Shown: positions 48,097 through 58,551 of the stretch, piece by piece | How positions within the stretch are numbered: the first letter of the stretch is position 1 | Layout of the letters: the number at the start of each line of letters is the position of its first letter | From: Pirellulales bacterium | Lineage (GTDB): Bacteria; Planctomycetota; Planctomycetia; Pirellulales; JAICIG01 | Assembly: GCA_040901675.1 (NCBI GenBank) | Contig: JBBDYJ010000014.1 | Coordinates: 72,559 to 136,558 of the forward strand | Reading direction: 5' to 3' | DNA length: 64,000 bases | Translations under genes and position numbers: made by a program | Notes under the pieces: generated by a model | The model's input: only the letters and a program-made list of their open reading frames with translations | The model's database searches: none | What the model was told of the DNA's origin: nothing

Positions 48097-49980
48097 TCAG
48101 CGCGCGGCCGCCAGGCGGGACCCGCTTGCCTGCTGCCAGGCAACGCTCAGCCAGCCGTCTTCGGCGGTCAATTGTCTCAACTCGAGCGTGCCCGCACTGG
48201 CCGCCTGCCCCGGCAGCACCAGCCCCTCCGAAACGATCTCCGGCGGAAAAACCCCCTCGAAGCGGTGCTTCAGCAGGTTCCGCAACGTCTGCTGGCGCAG
48301 GGCAAGCCGCCTCCCGGATCCAGGCACAAAACCGGGTGGAAAGATTTCCAGCTCGCCTTGCCGCGCGGCCGTCATTCCCGGTCCGCGCCGCTCCAACTGG
48401 TACCGCGCCGTGACGTTCATGCCCGAATACTGCCGCCCGCCGGAAGTATAACGTTGCCCCCGCACCGTGATCGACATGGTATTGTCGTGGATCACCACGC
48501 TGATCGGACGCCTGGAAGCGAACGTGATCGACCACGCTTCCTCCCGCTCGGCATCCCGCAATTCGGCCGGAATCGACCCCAGCACGTCCAGCGCCAGCCG
48601 CTCGGACTGGGCCTGGTCCAGCGTCCGACCGGCGAATATCTCCTCGGTCAGGTTGTTGAAGAACGATTCGTGCATCCGCACCGAAAGGCTGACGGGCACC
48701 GCCAGATCGGGGGGCGCCTGCGCCGCCGCCAACCGCCCCGCCGGCTGCTCGATGGCCATGACCCGCAGCGCGTCCTCGGTCGTGCTAAAACGGATCTGGT
48801 CGCCCGAGGGTCCCCGACGCAGCAGCGGATGGCGGTCGCGGCCCTGGATGCGGTCGTTGACCCTGGCCAGCAGGCCGCCGGCCTCGCTCTCGAAACGCGC
48901 GTTGAACCGCTGTTCGGCATGGCGGGCGGCGATCCGTTCGCTCAGGGCCTTCTGCTCTCCGACGCGCTTGAGGGCCACCCGTTTGATCAGGCAATCCACG
49001 AGGCCCCGCTTGGTGGATGAAATACCACGCACGGTCGATTGCGTCGTGGCCGAGGCCGAGGCCGGATACGCCCGCATCCCCTGGCCGTCCAGCACGAACC
49101 GCTTCCGCCCGTAGATCTGCGTTTGCGCCGAACTATGGATCCGGGCGGGCCCATTGCGCCCGACTGTTCTGGCGTAGTTTGTCCCCCGCATCACGGTTTC
49201 GAACAGCGCCGTGTCTCTGCTGGGCAGCAAGCGGATGGCGACCTGCCCGACCGTCCGTCCGCTTCCGGAAATCCGGGTGCCCAGGATCACGTCGCGAACC
49301 GAGGCCGTCTCGTCCACCGGCCTGGCGATGGCGGCGTCGAGCAAATCCCGCGAAACCTGCGCATACAAATTGGGCCGAGAAAAGCGGCCCCGAACCGCCT
49401 GCACGACCGCAGGCGCCTGCCGGTACCGCGCGAGCCAGGCCACCGCCTCGGCCGTCTTGTCCCAGGCCTCGCTGGACCCCGTCGCGTCATACTCCTCCAG
49501 GCCGCCGGCCAACTGTTCGATCGCCGTCTGGAACTGCGAGTGAGCCTCGTTGCTCCGAACCAGGGCGGCCGTGTCGATGTAGACCCTCAACGCGTCGCCC
49601 GCCTGACTGAATCGCGGCAGTTCCAGGCCCGCGTGGCCGCTGCGATACCGCCGCGCAGCCGTCTCAAGAACCGACAGGTCGGCCTGCAGCCCACGATCGA
49701 GCTCGGCTTTCACCTCGTCGACGAGCAGGAACCTTTTCCAAGCCTGGCCGTTGGCCCCCGCCGCGGCCAGATACCGCTCGAGCCGGCCGAGGGCCTGCCG
49801 CAGTTCGCCGAGCCGCCTGGCGAGCTGTGTCTTGTCCGGCTGCACATAGCCGTCGGCGGCCGATCGGACCAGGGCCGGCAGCTCGGCGTCCGGCGAGGCG
49901 GTCTGACCATAACTTTCTATGCCGCAGGAAATTGCGAAGATGACCGCAAGCCCCAACGACGCCAACAACCGATCGTACAT
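48097..49980 (-). CDS. Large secreted hypothetical protein
   Basis: GGGAG RBS, signal peptide, long ORF. Confidence 0.75.
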   Translation of the reverse strand: MYDRLLASLGLAVIFAISCGIESYGQTASPDAELPALVRSAADGYVQPDKTQLARRLGELRQALGRLERYLAAAGANGQAWKRFLLVDEVKAELDRGLQADLSVLETAARRYRSGHAGLELPRFSQAGDALRVYIDTAALVRSNEAHSQFQTAIEQLAGGLEEYDATGSSEAWDKTAEAVAWLARYRQAPAVVQAVRGRFSRPNLYAQVSRDLLDAAIARPVDETASVRDVILGTRISGSGRTVGQVAIRLLPSRDTALFETVMRGTNYARTVGRNGPARIHSSAQTQIYGRKRFVLDGQGMRAYPASASATTQSTVRGISSTKRGLVDCLIKRVALKRVGEQKALSERIAARHAEQRFNARFESEAGGLLARVNDRIQGRDRHPLLRRGPSGDQIRFSTTEDALRVMAIEQPAGRLAAAQAPPDLAVPVSLSVRMHESFFNNLTEEIFAGRTLDQAQSERLALDVLGSIPAELRDAEREEAWSITFASRRPISVVIHDNTMSITVRGQRYTSGGRQYSGMNVTARYQLERRGPGMTAARQGELEIFPPGFVPGSGRRLALRQQTLRNLLKHRFEGVFPPEIVSEGLVLPGQAASAGTLELRQLTAEDGWLSVAWQQASGSRLAAAR

Positions 49981-50347
49981 GGATTCTCCCTTGCCGCACG
50001 GGGGCCAATGGCCCCAGCGGGACGCTCCGCGCCCGCCTCCAACCAATCCTCGAAGTAGTCGTTCCGCCCATAGTAACTCTACATGGCCCCGCATTGTACT
50101 GCCCCTGGCCCCGTTCCAGCTACAGCATGAGTAGGGGGCTCGCCGTCACGTTGTTCTTGACGGTTGTAGCGTCTCTAGGGGCACGTTGCATCCGGGAAAC
50201 GGTCCAGGTTGAAAAAAGTCCCCATGTTGCCAAAACGCATGCTAGGTTTTAGGGAAAGGGTTCGGATGACTCCGTCTGGGCCAGGCGGCCCCGGCTACAC
50301 AGCCGGACCTGATCGACGGAGTCGGGCAGTCTGGGAAAGACGAACCA

Positions 50348-52507
50348 ATGGGCGGGTGCAGGATGCCGGTGCGATTTGTGTGGATCGCGCTGGCGGTCTG
50401 CGCGCTGTGCAACGGCTGCCACTGGTTCCGGCTGCCGAAGATCGACCCCAGCGGCGAGCGCATCTTCCTCCGCGAACCGCACGCTCACCAGCCGCACGCT
50501 CACCAGCCGCACGTTCCGCAGCCGCAGGCTCCGATTCTGCGGCCGCCCGCCTTTGTCGAGCAGCCCGGTCCTCCCCGTCCGCACCACCACGCGCGGGGCG
50601 TGGCCGTCATGCCCTGCAAGATCATTGCACCGGTGGGAAGCGAAGTCGTGATGCTGGCCGCCGTAGCCGGTCTCAATGGCCAGCCCAAGGCGAACCAGCG
50701 CGTGGAGTGGATGCTGGCGCCCGGCGGCGCCGGCCAGATTGTGGCGCTGGGAAAGCACACGCCGCTTGATTGGCTGGTCGGCTTTCGGACCTGGCCTCGC
50801 AAAATCGACAACACCTTCGCCATCGGCAGCACCTCGTCCAGAAATCTCTGCCTGACGCGCGGCACGCCTTCGCCCGCCGACGACGTGCCGGTCTTGCGCG
50901 GCCAGGCATGGCTGAGCGTTACCTCGCCCATCGAGGGGACTAGTTACGTGACGGCCTATGCCCCCGGCGTGTACGGCTGGGACAGCAGGCAGCAGACGGC
51001 GACCATCCATTGGGTCGACGCGCAGTGGTCGCTGCCCCCGCCGGCCGTGCAAACCGTGGGTGGCCGCCACGTGCTCACCACCACCGTGCTGCGCCATTCC
51101 ACGCAGGCGCCCGCGGAGGGTTATCGCGTACGCTACCAGATCGTCAGCGGACCCGCGGCCGGCTTTGCTCCCCAAGGCGCTCAAATGGTCGAAGTGGCCA
51201 CCAACGCTTTGGGCCAGGCTGCCGTCGAGCTGTTCCAGACCGAGCCGGCCGCCGGCACCAACGTGGTTGCGATCGAGATCACCCGGCCTCCCGGCGCCCC
51301 CGGCGATCAGTCGCTCGTGCTGGGCAGCGGCAGCACGCAGATCAGTTGGAGCTCGCCCGTGGCGGCGCCATCCGCGCCGCCGGCCGCCGCTGGACCCGCT
51401 GCGGCGCCTGCGCCGGGGCCCGCGGCGCCGGCACCCGTTCTCGAAGCGAGGATGACCGGTCCCCAGCGCGCGGTGATCGGGCAGGAAGTGACGTTCGAAG
51501 TGGTAGTCACCAACCGCGGCGCCACGGCCGCCTCCGGGCTGGTGATTGTCGACCGCTACCCGCCGGGCCTGCGACATGCTCAGCGGGGCAACTCGATCGA
51601 GCGGGTCCTGGGCGATCTGGCTCCCGGTGCATCGCGCTCGGTGGCCGTCACCTTCCGGGTGGCCGAAGCGGGGCGGCTCTGCAATCGGGCCGAGATCCAC
51701 TCGCCTCTGGGCGTGCTGGCGCGGGCCGAAGCCTGCCTCACGGCCGAGCGGGCGGCCCAGGCCGATCCGGACGAACAGCCGCGGCTTTCCGTTCGAAAGA
51801 CCGGCCCCGACCGCCGCCGTGTGGGCGAGACCGCCGAGTTTTTGATCGAAATCACCAACAACGGCCGCCAGCCCGCCACCGAGCTGAAGGTGCTGGACCA
51901 TTACGACCAGGACGCGCTCGATCCGGTCAGCGCCACGGACGGCTATAGCTGGACCGGGCTGGACCTGGTCTGGAACGTCGACGTGCTGCCGCCGGGCAAG
52001 ACGATCGTTTTTCAGGTGCACTGCCGCTGCCTCAGGCCGGCTGCCCGCTCGTGCAACGGCGCGACGGTCACCTCCCGCGAGCAGGCGCGTGCCGACGGCG
52101 AGGCCTGCCTGGAGATCGCTCCCGCGGCCGCCGGCGGCAGTAGTCTGAGCATCTCGGTGGCCGACGTGCGCGACCCGGTGGCGGTGGGCAACCAGACCAC
52201 GTATGAGGTACGCGTCACGAACAACAGCCAGGCCGCCGACCGCCAGGTGGCCGTGGCCGTTACGGTGCCTTCCGGCATGACCGCCCTGGTGGTCGGCAGC
52301 AGCGGGCCGGCTGCGTACCGTGTCGAGGGGCGGCAGGTGCGATTCGACCCCGTGCGTGAGATCCGTCCCGGCGAGACGCTCAGCTACCGCGTCGAGGCCC
52401 GAGCCGAGCGTGCCGGCGGCGGCCGTTGCCAGGTCGAGGTGACCAGCGAGCGGATACAACAGCCACGAACGGCCGAGACCACCACCACGATCGTCTCCGG
52501 CCCGTAG
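50348..52507 (+). CDS. DUF11-repeat lipoprotein
   Basis: Lipobox-like LCNGC; repeated 'VG..TF.V.VTN.G' Ig-like units. Confidence 0.8.
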   Translation: MGGCRMPVRFVWIALAVCALCNGCHWFRLPKIDPSGERIFLREPHAHQPHAHQPHVPQPQAPILRPPAFVEQPGPPRPHHHARGVAVMPCKIIAPVGSEVVMLAAVAGLNGQPKANQRVEWMLAPGGAGQIVALGKHTPLDWLVGFRTWPRKIDNTFAIGSTSSRNLCLTRGTPSPADDVPVLRGQAWLSVTSPIEGTSYVTAYAPGVYGWDSRQQTATIHWVDAQWSLPPPAVQTVGGRHVLTTTVLRHSTQAPAEGYRVRYQIVSGPAAGFAPQGAQMVEVATNALGQAAVELFQTEPAAGTNVVAIEITRPPGAPGDQSLVLGSGSTQISWSSPVAAPSAPPAAAGPAAAPAPGPAAPAPVLEARMTGPQRAVIGQEVTFEVVVTNRGATAASGLVIVDRYPPGLRHAQRGNSIERVLGDLAPGASRSVAVTFRVAEAGRLCNRAEIHSPLGVLARAEACLTAERAAQADPDEQPRLSVRKTGPDRRRVGETAEFLIEITNNGRQPATELKVLDHYDQDALDPVSATDGYSWTGLDLVWNVDVLPPGKTIVFQVHCRCLRPAARSCNGATVTSREQARADGEACLEIAPAAAGGSSLSISVADVRDPVAVGNQTTYEVRVTNNSQAADRQVAVAVTVPSGMTALVVGSSGPAAYRVEGRQVRFDPVREIRPGETLSYRVEARAERAGGGRCQVEVTSERIQQPRTAETTTTIVSGP

Positions 52508-52842
52508 GGATTGGAACTCGGCGGACTTTCTCGGCCCACCACGGGTCGCCGCCGACGGGTGCGTGCATTGATGGGCCGGCGCCATCCCTGTCAGCCTCCG
52601 CGGAGCTCACTTGAACGCGCACGCGTCATTCTTGCCGTAAGTCGAATCATAGCCGTTGGCTGTTCATATCTCACCCGGCTTTAGGGTGTTCGTCTCTTAT
52701 TAGCTCATTCGGCCGGAGATGGACGGATGCCGAAAAACCGCAAGTTAAATTGGCGAGTCTAGGTCACGGCTGCCGATAGGACAAACTGGGTCATTAAAAT
52801 CCCCACTTCACCATCGAGCCATTGGATGCAGCACCACGACTC

Positions 52843-53457
52843 ATGAGCATTTCACCGCACTTTCTCCTCTTCTCCGAAGCGGGGGAGAAAATGATGCAGG
52901 GCCAATGGAGGTTTGTCCTGCAAGCGGCCGATGGATCGGCGACTTTCGAAGCAAGCGATACCGAGCCCCTGCTCGCCGGCGAGCGACTGGAGCTGCTGGC
53001 GGTCGTCCGCGGCCTGGAGGCCTTGGATCAGCCGTCGCGGGTCACGCTCTATACGCCCAGCCGCTACGTCAACCGGGGCCTGACCTACGGCCTCGACGAG
53101 TGGCGCCGTAACGGCTGGAGCTGGGAGTGCTTCGGCGAGATGGTCCCCGTCAAGAACCGCGACCTGTGGCAGCGGGTCGACCGTGCGCTGGGGTACCATC
53201 GACTCGAATTCCGGGGCTTTCGTTTCGATGCCCCACACGCCAGCCGAGGCAACGTTCCCGCCCCGCACTTCACGCTTCCCGCCGCTGCCCGGCCGCCGGA
53301 CAGGCAACCCGCCGCACGCGGCCGCGGAGTCGTGCATCGGCGTTGGAGCCGTGCCGCCGCCCGCATCCGCCGGCAGTTGGGCGAGCGGGCCAAGGGGCTG
53401 GTCCTGAGCTGCCAGCAGCTCGGAACCTGTTTCCTGCCAAGGCCTTGGATCGGCTAG
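52843..53457 (+). CDS. RNase HI-like protein with degenerate active site
   Basis: RLELLAVVRGLEAL, WRRNGW, VKNRDLWQ; but FSEA and TPS replace the catalytic TDG and TDS. Confidence 0.75.
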   Translation: MSISPHFLLFSEAGEKMMQGQWRFVLQAADGSATFEASDTEPLLAGERLELLAVVRGLEALDQPSRVTLYTPSRYVNRGLTYGLDEWRRNGWSWECFGEMVPVKNRDLWQRVDRALGYHRLEFRGFRFDAPHASRGNVPAPHFTLPAAARPPDRQPAARGRGVVHRRWSRAAARIRRQLGERAKGLVLSCQQLGTCFLPRPWIG

Positions 53458-53569
53458 TCGTGCGGCGGCTTTTGCGCCCGCAACTATGCTGATTTGAGAT
53501 TTAACTTCTGGACGAAGCGGCCCTCAAAACCCACAATTGGACCACGAGCGAAATAGCAAGGAGGTGCGC

Positions 53570-55783
53570 GTGCGTACGGCAGTCGCGTTGGAGAGCGTGA
53601 ATCGGTTGGTCGAAGGACGAGACGAGAACCCGTTCGAACTGCTAGGGCCCCATGAAGTTATTGACGATGGCCGCCGTGCCTTGGCCGTGCGGGCCTATCT
53701 GCCGCAATCGGCGCAGGCCTGGATCGTCGACCGGGCTCACGCCGCGACGCCCCGCCCGATGCGGAGGATCCACCCAGCCGGCCTGTTCGAGGCGATTTGC
53801 CCGCCGTGGGACGGCAGGGATCCGGCCCGTTACCTACTCGAGTTCGCCGACCAGCACGGCAACCGCGCCACGATGCACGATCCGTACGCCTTCCCCCACT
53901 ACCTGACCGACTACGACCTGCACCTGTTGAACGAGGGAACGCACTGGCACAGCTATCACAAGCTGGGGGCCCAACTGCGGACCATCGAGGGTGTGGAGGG
54001 GGTCAATTTTGCCGTCTGGGCGCCCAACGCCACTTCGGTCAGCGTGATCGGCGACTTCAACCAGTGGGATACCCGCCGGCATCCCATGGGCAAGCACATC
54101 CCCAGCGGCTTCTGGGAGCTGTTCGTTCCCGGGCTGAGTGAAGGCACGCTCTACAAATACCACATCAGGCATGGCGGACAGTCGCTCGAAAAATCCGACC
54201 CCTACGGTTTCGCCGCCGAGCTGCCACCGCGCACCGCCTCGCAAGTAGTCAACCTCGACCGCTACCACTGGCACGACGAGAAGTGGATCGCCGGGCGGCA
54301 GCAGGCCTCGGCCCTCGACGCGCCGCTCTCCTTTTACGAAGTCCACCTGGGTAGCTGGCGGCGCCCGGGAGACGACCACCACCGCTGGCTGAGCTACCGC
54401 GAGCTGGCCCACGAGCTGGTCGACTATGCCAAACAGATGGGTTTCACCCACTTGGAGCTGCTCCCGGTCAGCGAGCATCCCTTTTCGGGAAGCTGGGGGT
54501 ACCAGACGGTCGGCTACTTCGCGCCCACCAGCCGCTACGGCTCGCCCCAGGACTTCATGTACTTCGTCGATCACTGCCATCAGAACGGCCTGGGCGTGCT
54601 GCTGGACTGGGTGCCGGCCCACTTTCCGCGCGACGGGCACGGGCTGCGGCAGTTCGACGGCACCTGCCTTTATGAGCACGCCGATCCGCGCAAGGGAGAA
54701 CACCGCGACTGGGGAACGCTGATCTTCAACTATGGACGGCACGAGGTCCGCAACTTCCTCCTGTCCAACGCGCTGTTCTGGTTCGACAAGTACCACATCG
54801 ACGGCCTGCGCGTGGACGCGGTGGCCTCGATGATTTACCTCGATTACAGCCGGGAGGAAGGCGGCTGGGTGCCCAACGAATTCGGGGGCCGCGAGAATCT
54901 GGAGGCGATCTCGTTTCTCAAGGAGCTGAACATCCAGTCGCACTTGCAGTATCCCGGGGTGCTGACGGTTGCGGAGGAGTCGACCGCCTGGGCGGGCGTT
55001 TCGCGGCCCACGTACCTGGGAGGGCTGGGATTCAGCCTGAAGTGGAACATGGGCTGGATGAACGACACGACGCAATACATGCGGCACGAGCCGGTGCACC
55101 GCAAGTACCACCACGACGAGCTGACGTTCAGCCTGATTTATGCCTTCCATGAGAACTTCGTGCTGCCGCTGTCGCACGACGAGGTGGTCCACGGCAAAGG
55201 CTCACTGTTGGACCAGGTCCCCGGCGACCTGTGGCAGAAGTTCGCCAACCTGCGGCTGATGTTCGGCTACATGTGGGCCCACCCCGGGAAGAAGCTGCTC
55301 TTCATGGGGGGCGAGTTCGGCCAGTGGGGCGAGTGGAACTACGACACGAGCCTGGATTGGCACCTGCTCCAGTGGCCGAGCCACCAGGGCTTGCAGAAGT
55401 ACGTGGCGGACTTGAACCAACTCTACCGCCGCGAGCCCGCGCTGCACCAAATGGACTTCGACGGCCACGGCTTCGAATGGATCGACTGCCACAACTATGA
55501 TGCCAGCGCGCTGAGCTTCATCCGCAAGGCCAAGGACCCGCGCGATTACCTGGTGGTTTGCTGCAACTTCACTCCGGTGCCCAGGCTGACGCACCGCCTG
55601 GGCGTGCCGGAGCACTGCTGGTACGAGGAGATTTCCAACAGCGACTCGACGTACTACGGCGGCAGCAACATGGGCAACGGCCCCGGACTGATGGCAGAGG
55701 ATATCCCCAGCCATGGGCGCCCCCACTCGATCAACCTGACGCTTCCTCCGCTGGCCACCGTGATCCTCAAGCCCCGCCGCTAG
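53570..55783 (+). CDS. glgB: 1,4-alpha-glucan branching enzyme
   Basis: [49 protein letters not shown]. Confidence 0.97.
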   Translation: MRTAVALESVNRLVEGRDENPFELLGPHEVIDDGRRALAVRAYLPQSAQAWIVDRAHAATPRPMRRIHPAGLFEAICPPWDGRDPARYLLEFADQHGNRATMHDPYAFPHYLTDYDLHLLNEGTHWHSYHKLGAQLRTIEGVEGVNFAVWAPNATSVSVIGDFNQWDTRRHPMGKHIPSGFWELFVPGLSEGTLYKYHIRHGGQSLEKSDPYGFAAELPPRTASQVVNLDRYHWHDEKWIAGRQQASALDAPLSFYEVHLGSWRRPGDDHHRWLSYRELAHELVDYAKQMGFTHLELLPVSEHPFSGSWGYQTVGYFAPTSRYGSPQDFMYFVDHCHQNGLGVLLDWVPAHFPRDGHGLRQFDGTCLYEHADPRKGEHRDWGTLIFNYGRHEVRNFLLSNALFWFDKYHIDGLRVDAVASMIYLDYSREEGGWVPNEFGGRENLEAISFLKELNIQSHLQYPGVLTVAEESTAWAGVSRPTYLGGLGFSLKWNMGWMNDTTQYMRHEPVHRKYHHDELTFSLIYAFHENFVLPLSHDEVVHGKGSLLDQVPGDLWQKFANLRLMFGYMWAHPGKKLLFMGGEFGQWGEWNYDTSLDWHLLQWPSHQGLQKYVADLNQLYRREPALHQMDFDGHGFEWIDCHNYDASALSFIRKAKDPRDYLVVCCNFTPVPRLTHRLGVPEHCWYEEISNSDSTYYGGSNMGNGPGLMAEDIPSHGRPHSINLTLPPLATVILKPRR

Positions 55784-55793
55784 AGGGAAGGAG

Positions 55794-55998
55794 GGGACTT
55801 GGTACTTAGGACTTGGTGCTTGGGACTTGGGAAGACACCGGAGCCCGACTTCGGCGAGCTCAGTCGAGCCGAGCCCAAAGTACAAAGAACAAAGGTCTAA
55901 GCACCCCGATTGGGGCATCCCGACGCGCTGGGACGCTGCCGCCAGTCACCCACCGTTACACTGGGGCACGCTTATCGCTTTGCCGCCAACCACCCGGC
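55794..55998. repeat. Inverted heptamer arrays (ACTTGGT-like) around a 24-bp module, plus a family A REP
   Basis: GACTTGGTACTTAGGACTTGG...GACTTCGGCGAGCTCAGTCGAG...CAAAGTACAAAG; CTGGGGCACGCTTATCGCTTTGCC. Confidence 0.7.
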
Positions 55999-56007
55999 GT
56001 TGCTGCC

Positions 56008-58347
56008 TTAACTCCGCTGGTCTGGCGGGCGCACCCACTCCAGGGCCGCCTCGCGCCGGATCTGCTCCAGCCAGGCCTGGATGAGCTGCTGCCTTTCGGC
56101 CAAGGCGGCGGTCTGGTAGAGGCTGAACGGATAGGCGATGAACAACTGCTGCAACGTGGAAAGCGGCGGCTCGAGCTTCTCCACCCGGATCACGTAGACC
56201 ACCGTCTGCGGCTGGTTCATGGCCGAGCCGACCTTGCCCACCTGCAAGCGGAATACCGCGCGCATGAAGTCCTCGCCGGCGTCCTCGACTCCTTCGACCT
56301 CGCTGATTTGCGGGATCGCCCGCGAATCGACGCCCGCGCTGGTTGTGGTCAACCAGGAGAACGCCGGCGGCCGAACGACCGTGTAGCCTCCCTGCTCGCC
56401 AAACAGCTCGGCAAGCGACTCCTTGGCGCGGCCTGCCTTGGCCACCAGCTCGGCGGCCTTCTTCTTGGCCGGCTCGCGCGCCTGGATCAGCTTCCAGGCA
56501 CGCACCACCTCGTCGTGGATTTCCTTCAGCTCGGGCACATACGCTTCGCGCTCGTCGATCTTCCAGAACAAGTAGCGGTTCCGCTCGGCATCCTCGGACC
56601 GGGCACTCTTGTACTTCAGCAGATAGTCGATCGCCACGTCGGCGAAGGCATAGTCGCCGAGCTGGGATCCTCCCAGCTCCGGATCGAGCTGCGCCACGTC
56701 GTACCGCGAAACCAGGCTCGTCTTGCCGTCGGTCAGCGAGTGGGCCGCCGCCAGTTCGGCAAAGTCGGGCCGGGCCGGTTCCTTGCCCCTGCGGTTGATG
56801 CTCCAAGCGTTCCACCGCCGTTCATAGCGGTCCATTCTGGACTTGACGGCGTCCAGCGCCTTTTCGATTTTTTCGTCGGCCTGCTGCTGGGCCAGCTTTT
56901 TGCGGATCGCCTCCTCCACTTTCCAAAGCGGTTCGTATTTCGGCTTCGGTCCGTCGCGGATGTCTCGTGGCAAGAGCAAGTCGTCCGAAATCGGCGGCGG
57001 CGGTCCGGCCGGCAGTTTTTCAGTCTTCGCGCCGGCCGGCTTCGCCGCGTCGTCGCTGGCGCCCGTATCGTCGCTGGCGCCATCGGCGGTTGCCGGGGGA
57101 AGCGGAGTCTGGCCATCGGGCGCGTCGAGCGCGGGGTCGCCCGCCACGGGCTGATCCCCGTCCGCATCGGTCACCGGCTGGTCATCGTCCGGCGGCTGGT
57201 AGAAGGCCAGCAGATTCTCGATCGATCGATTGTCCGACGATTCATCGGGCGCCGGCTCCGCCGCTTCACCCGCCGGCGGCTCGCCGGGCGGCGGCTCTTC
57301 GGGTTGCTCCTCGGCCGGCTCCCCCATGGGCTCGTCCGGTTGCTCGCCCGGCACTTCAGGATCCGCTTCCGAGATCAGCGGGTCGTCTTCCCGCTCGGCT
57401 TTCGACGCACCGCCAAGGGGCATGCTGCTCTCCGCATCGTCGAAGGCGTCGAAGGCCGAGTCGCCCAAGTCGGTATAAAGGAATTCGCGGTCCTTGAACT
57501 GTTCGTAATACTCCGCCACCTGCTCGTCGGTGATCGACTTTTCATCGTAAAAACGGTCGTACGAAGCCTTTACATACTGGAAGGCGGCCTTGACCGGTAC
57601 CTTGAAGCCTGGTTCCGGCGAACCGGGCACGGGCTCCTGTTCCTTGTGAGCATCGAAAAAAGCCTGCAGCGTCTTCGGATCCGGATCGTCGATCTGGTCG
57701 ATGAAGTCCTCCGCACGGATCGGTACCAGTTCCACGGTGGCCCTGCTGTTGAGACGCGTATAGTAGTCCCAGCGCTGGGCGGGCGTGGTCATCGACACCG
57801 GCACTTCCAGCACCCCGCTCATGAGCAGCAGCTTCTCGGCGGACAGCTCGGTCCGCAGGGCATCGAACACCTGCGGCTGGGTCGTCTTCAGCCGGCGGAC
57901 GATCGCGCGGAAGCGGTCGGCGGGCACCTGGTCGCGGGTGTTTTCCTTCAGGTAGGCGTTGATCGCGTCGTCCCCGATCACGACTCCCAAGTCCTTTGCC
58001 CGCTCGGCCAGCAGGTGGGTCTCGACTACCGATCGCTCGGTCGGCTCGCCGAACGGCTGCCTGCTGGCGATCATCCGGCGAAACTCCTCGCCCATGGCCG
58101 CCACCAGCGTTTCCACCATGAACTCGTTGGCCAGTTGGCGCCGCCCGATCATATTCCCCAGGTCGCCTTCGCGGATCTCGCCCCGCGCGGTGCGTGCTAC
58201 CACCTGGTTGCTGCCGGCGGCCGGGCCGTTGCTCGACGTTTGACCCAGAAAAATCGGCAGAATCGTAAAGGCGATCATGCACAGCACGCCGACCATGACG
58301 ATCATGGCCTTCTGGTGCTTACGAAACATCGAAAAAGGAGACGACAT
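56008..58347 (-). CDS. Membrane-anchored SurA/PpiD-like periplasmic protein with acidic low-complexity insert
   Basis: MFRKHQK + TM anchor typical of PpiD/SurA N-termini; helical chaperone-like body. Confidence 0.6.
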   Translation of the reverse strand: MSSPFSMFRKHQKAMIVMVGVLCMIAFTILPIFLGQTSSNGPAAGSNQVVARTARGEIREGDLGNMIGRRQLANEFMVETLVAAMGEEFRRMIASRQPFGEPTERSVVETHLLAERAKDLGVVIGDDAINAYLKENTRDQVPADRFRAIVRRLKTTQPQVFDALRTELSAEKLLLMSGVLEVPVSMTTPAQRWDYYTRLNSRATVELVPIRAEDFIDQIDDPDPKTLQAFFDAHKEQEPVPGSPEPGFKVPVKAAFQYVKASYDRFYDEKSITDEQVAEYYEQFKDREFLYTDLGDSAFDAFDDAESSMPLGGASKAEREDDPLISEADPEVPGEQPDEPMGEPAEEQPEEPPPGEPPAGEAAEPAPDESSDNRSIENLLAFYQPPDDDQPVTDADGDQPVAGDPALDAPDGQTPLPPATADGASDDTGASDDAAKPAGAKTEKLPAGPPPPISDDLLLPRDIRDGPKPKYEPLWKVEEAIRKKLAQQQADEKIEKALDAVKSRMDRYERRWNAWSINRRGKEPARPDFAELAAAHSLTDGKTSLVSRYDVAQLDPELGGSQLGDYAFADVAIDYLLKYKSARSEDAERNRYLFWKIDEREAYVPELKEIHDEVVRAWKLIQAREPAKKKAAELVAKAGRAKESLAELFGEQGGYTVVRPPAFSWLTTTSAGVDSRAIPQISEVEGVEDAGEDFMRAVFRLQVGKVGSAMNQPQTVVYVIRVEKLEPPLSTLQQLFIAYPFSLYQTAALAERQQLIQAWLEQIRREAALEWVRPPDQRS

Positions 58348-58551
58348 TGTGATCTAGCCTTGTCGCATGGGTGCTTACCCCCCCGGCGGCTGGCCTGGAA
58401 CATGCCTTGACAGCCGGGCGATACAGATATTAATGAGTAACGGGCCAACGAGCGTTGCCCCTGGCGCGTGAATTGTAAATCCCATCGACGTAAATGCAAT
58501 CCCAAACAGGAAGTATGGTTCTTCGGACCCACACCTTACCCGGCATGACGC

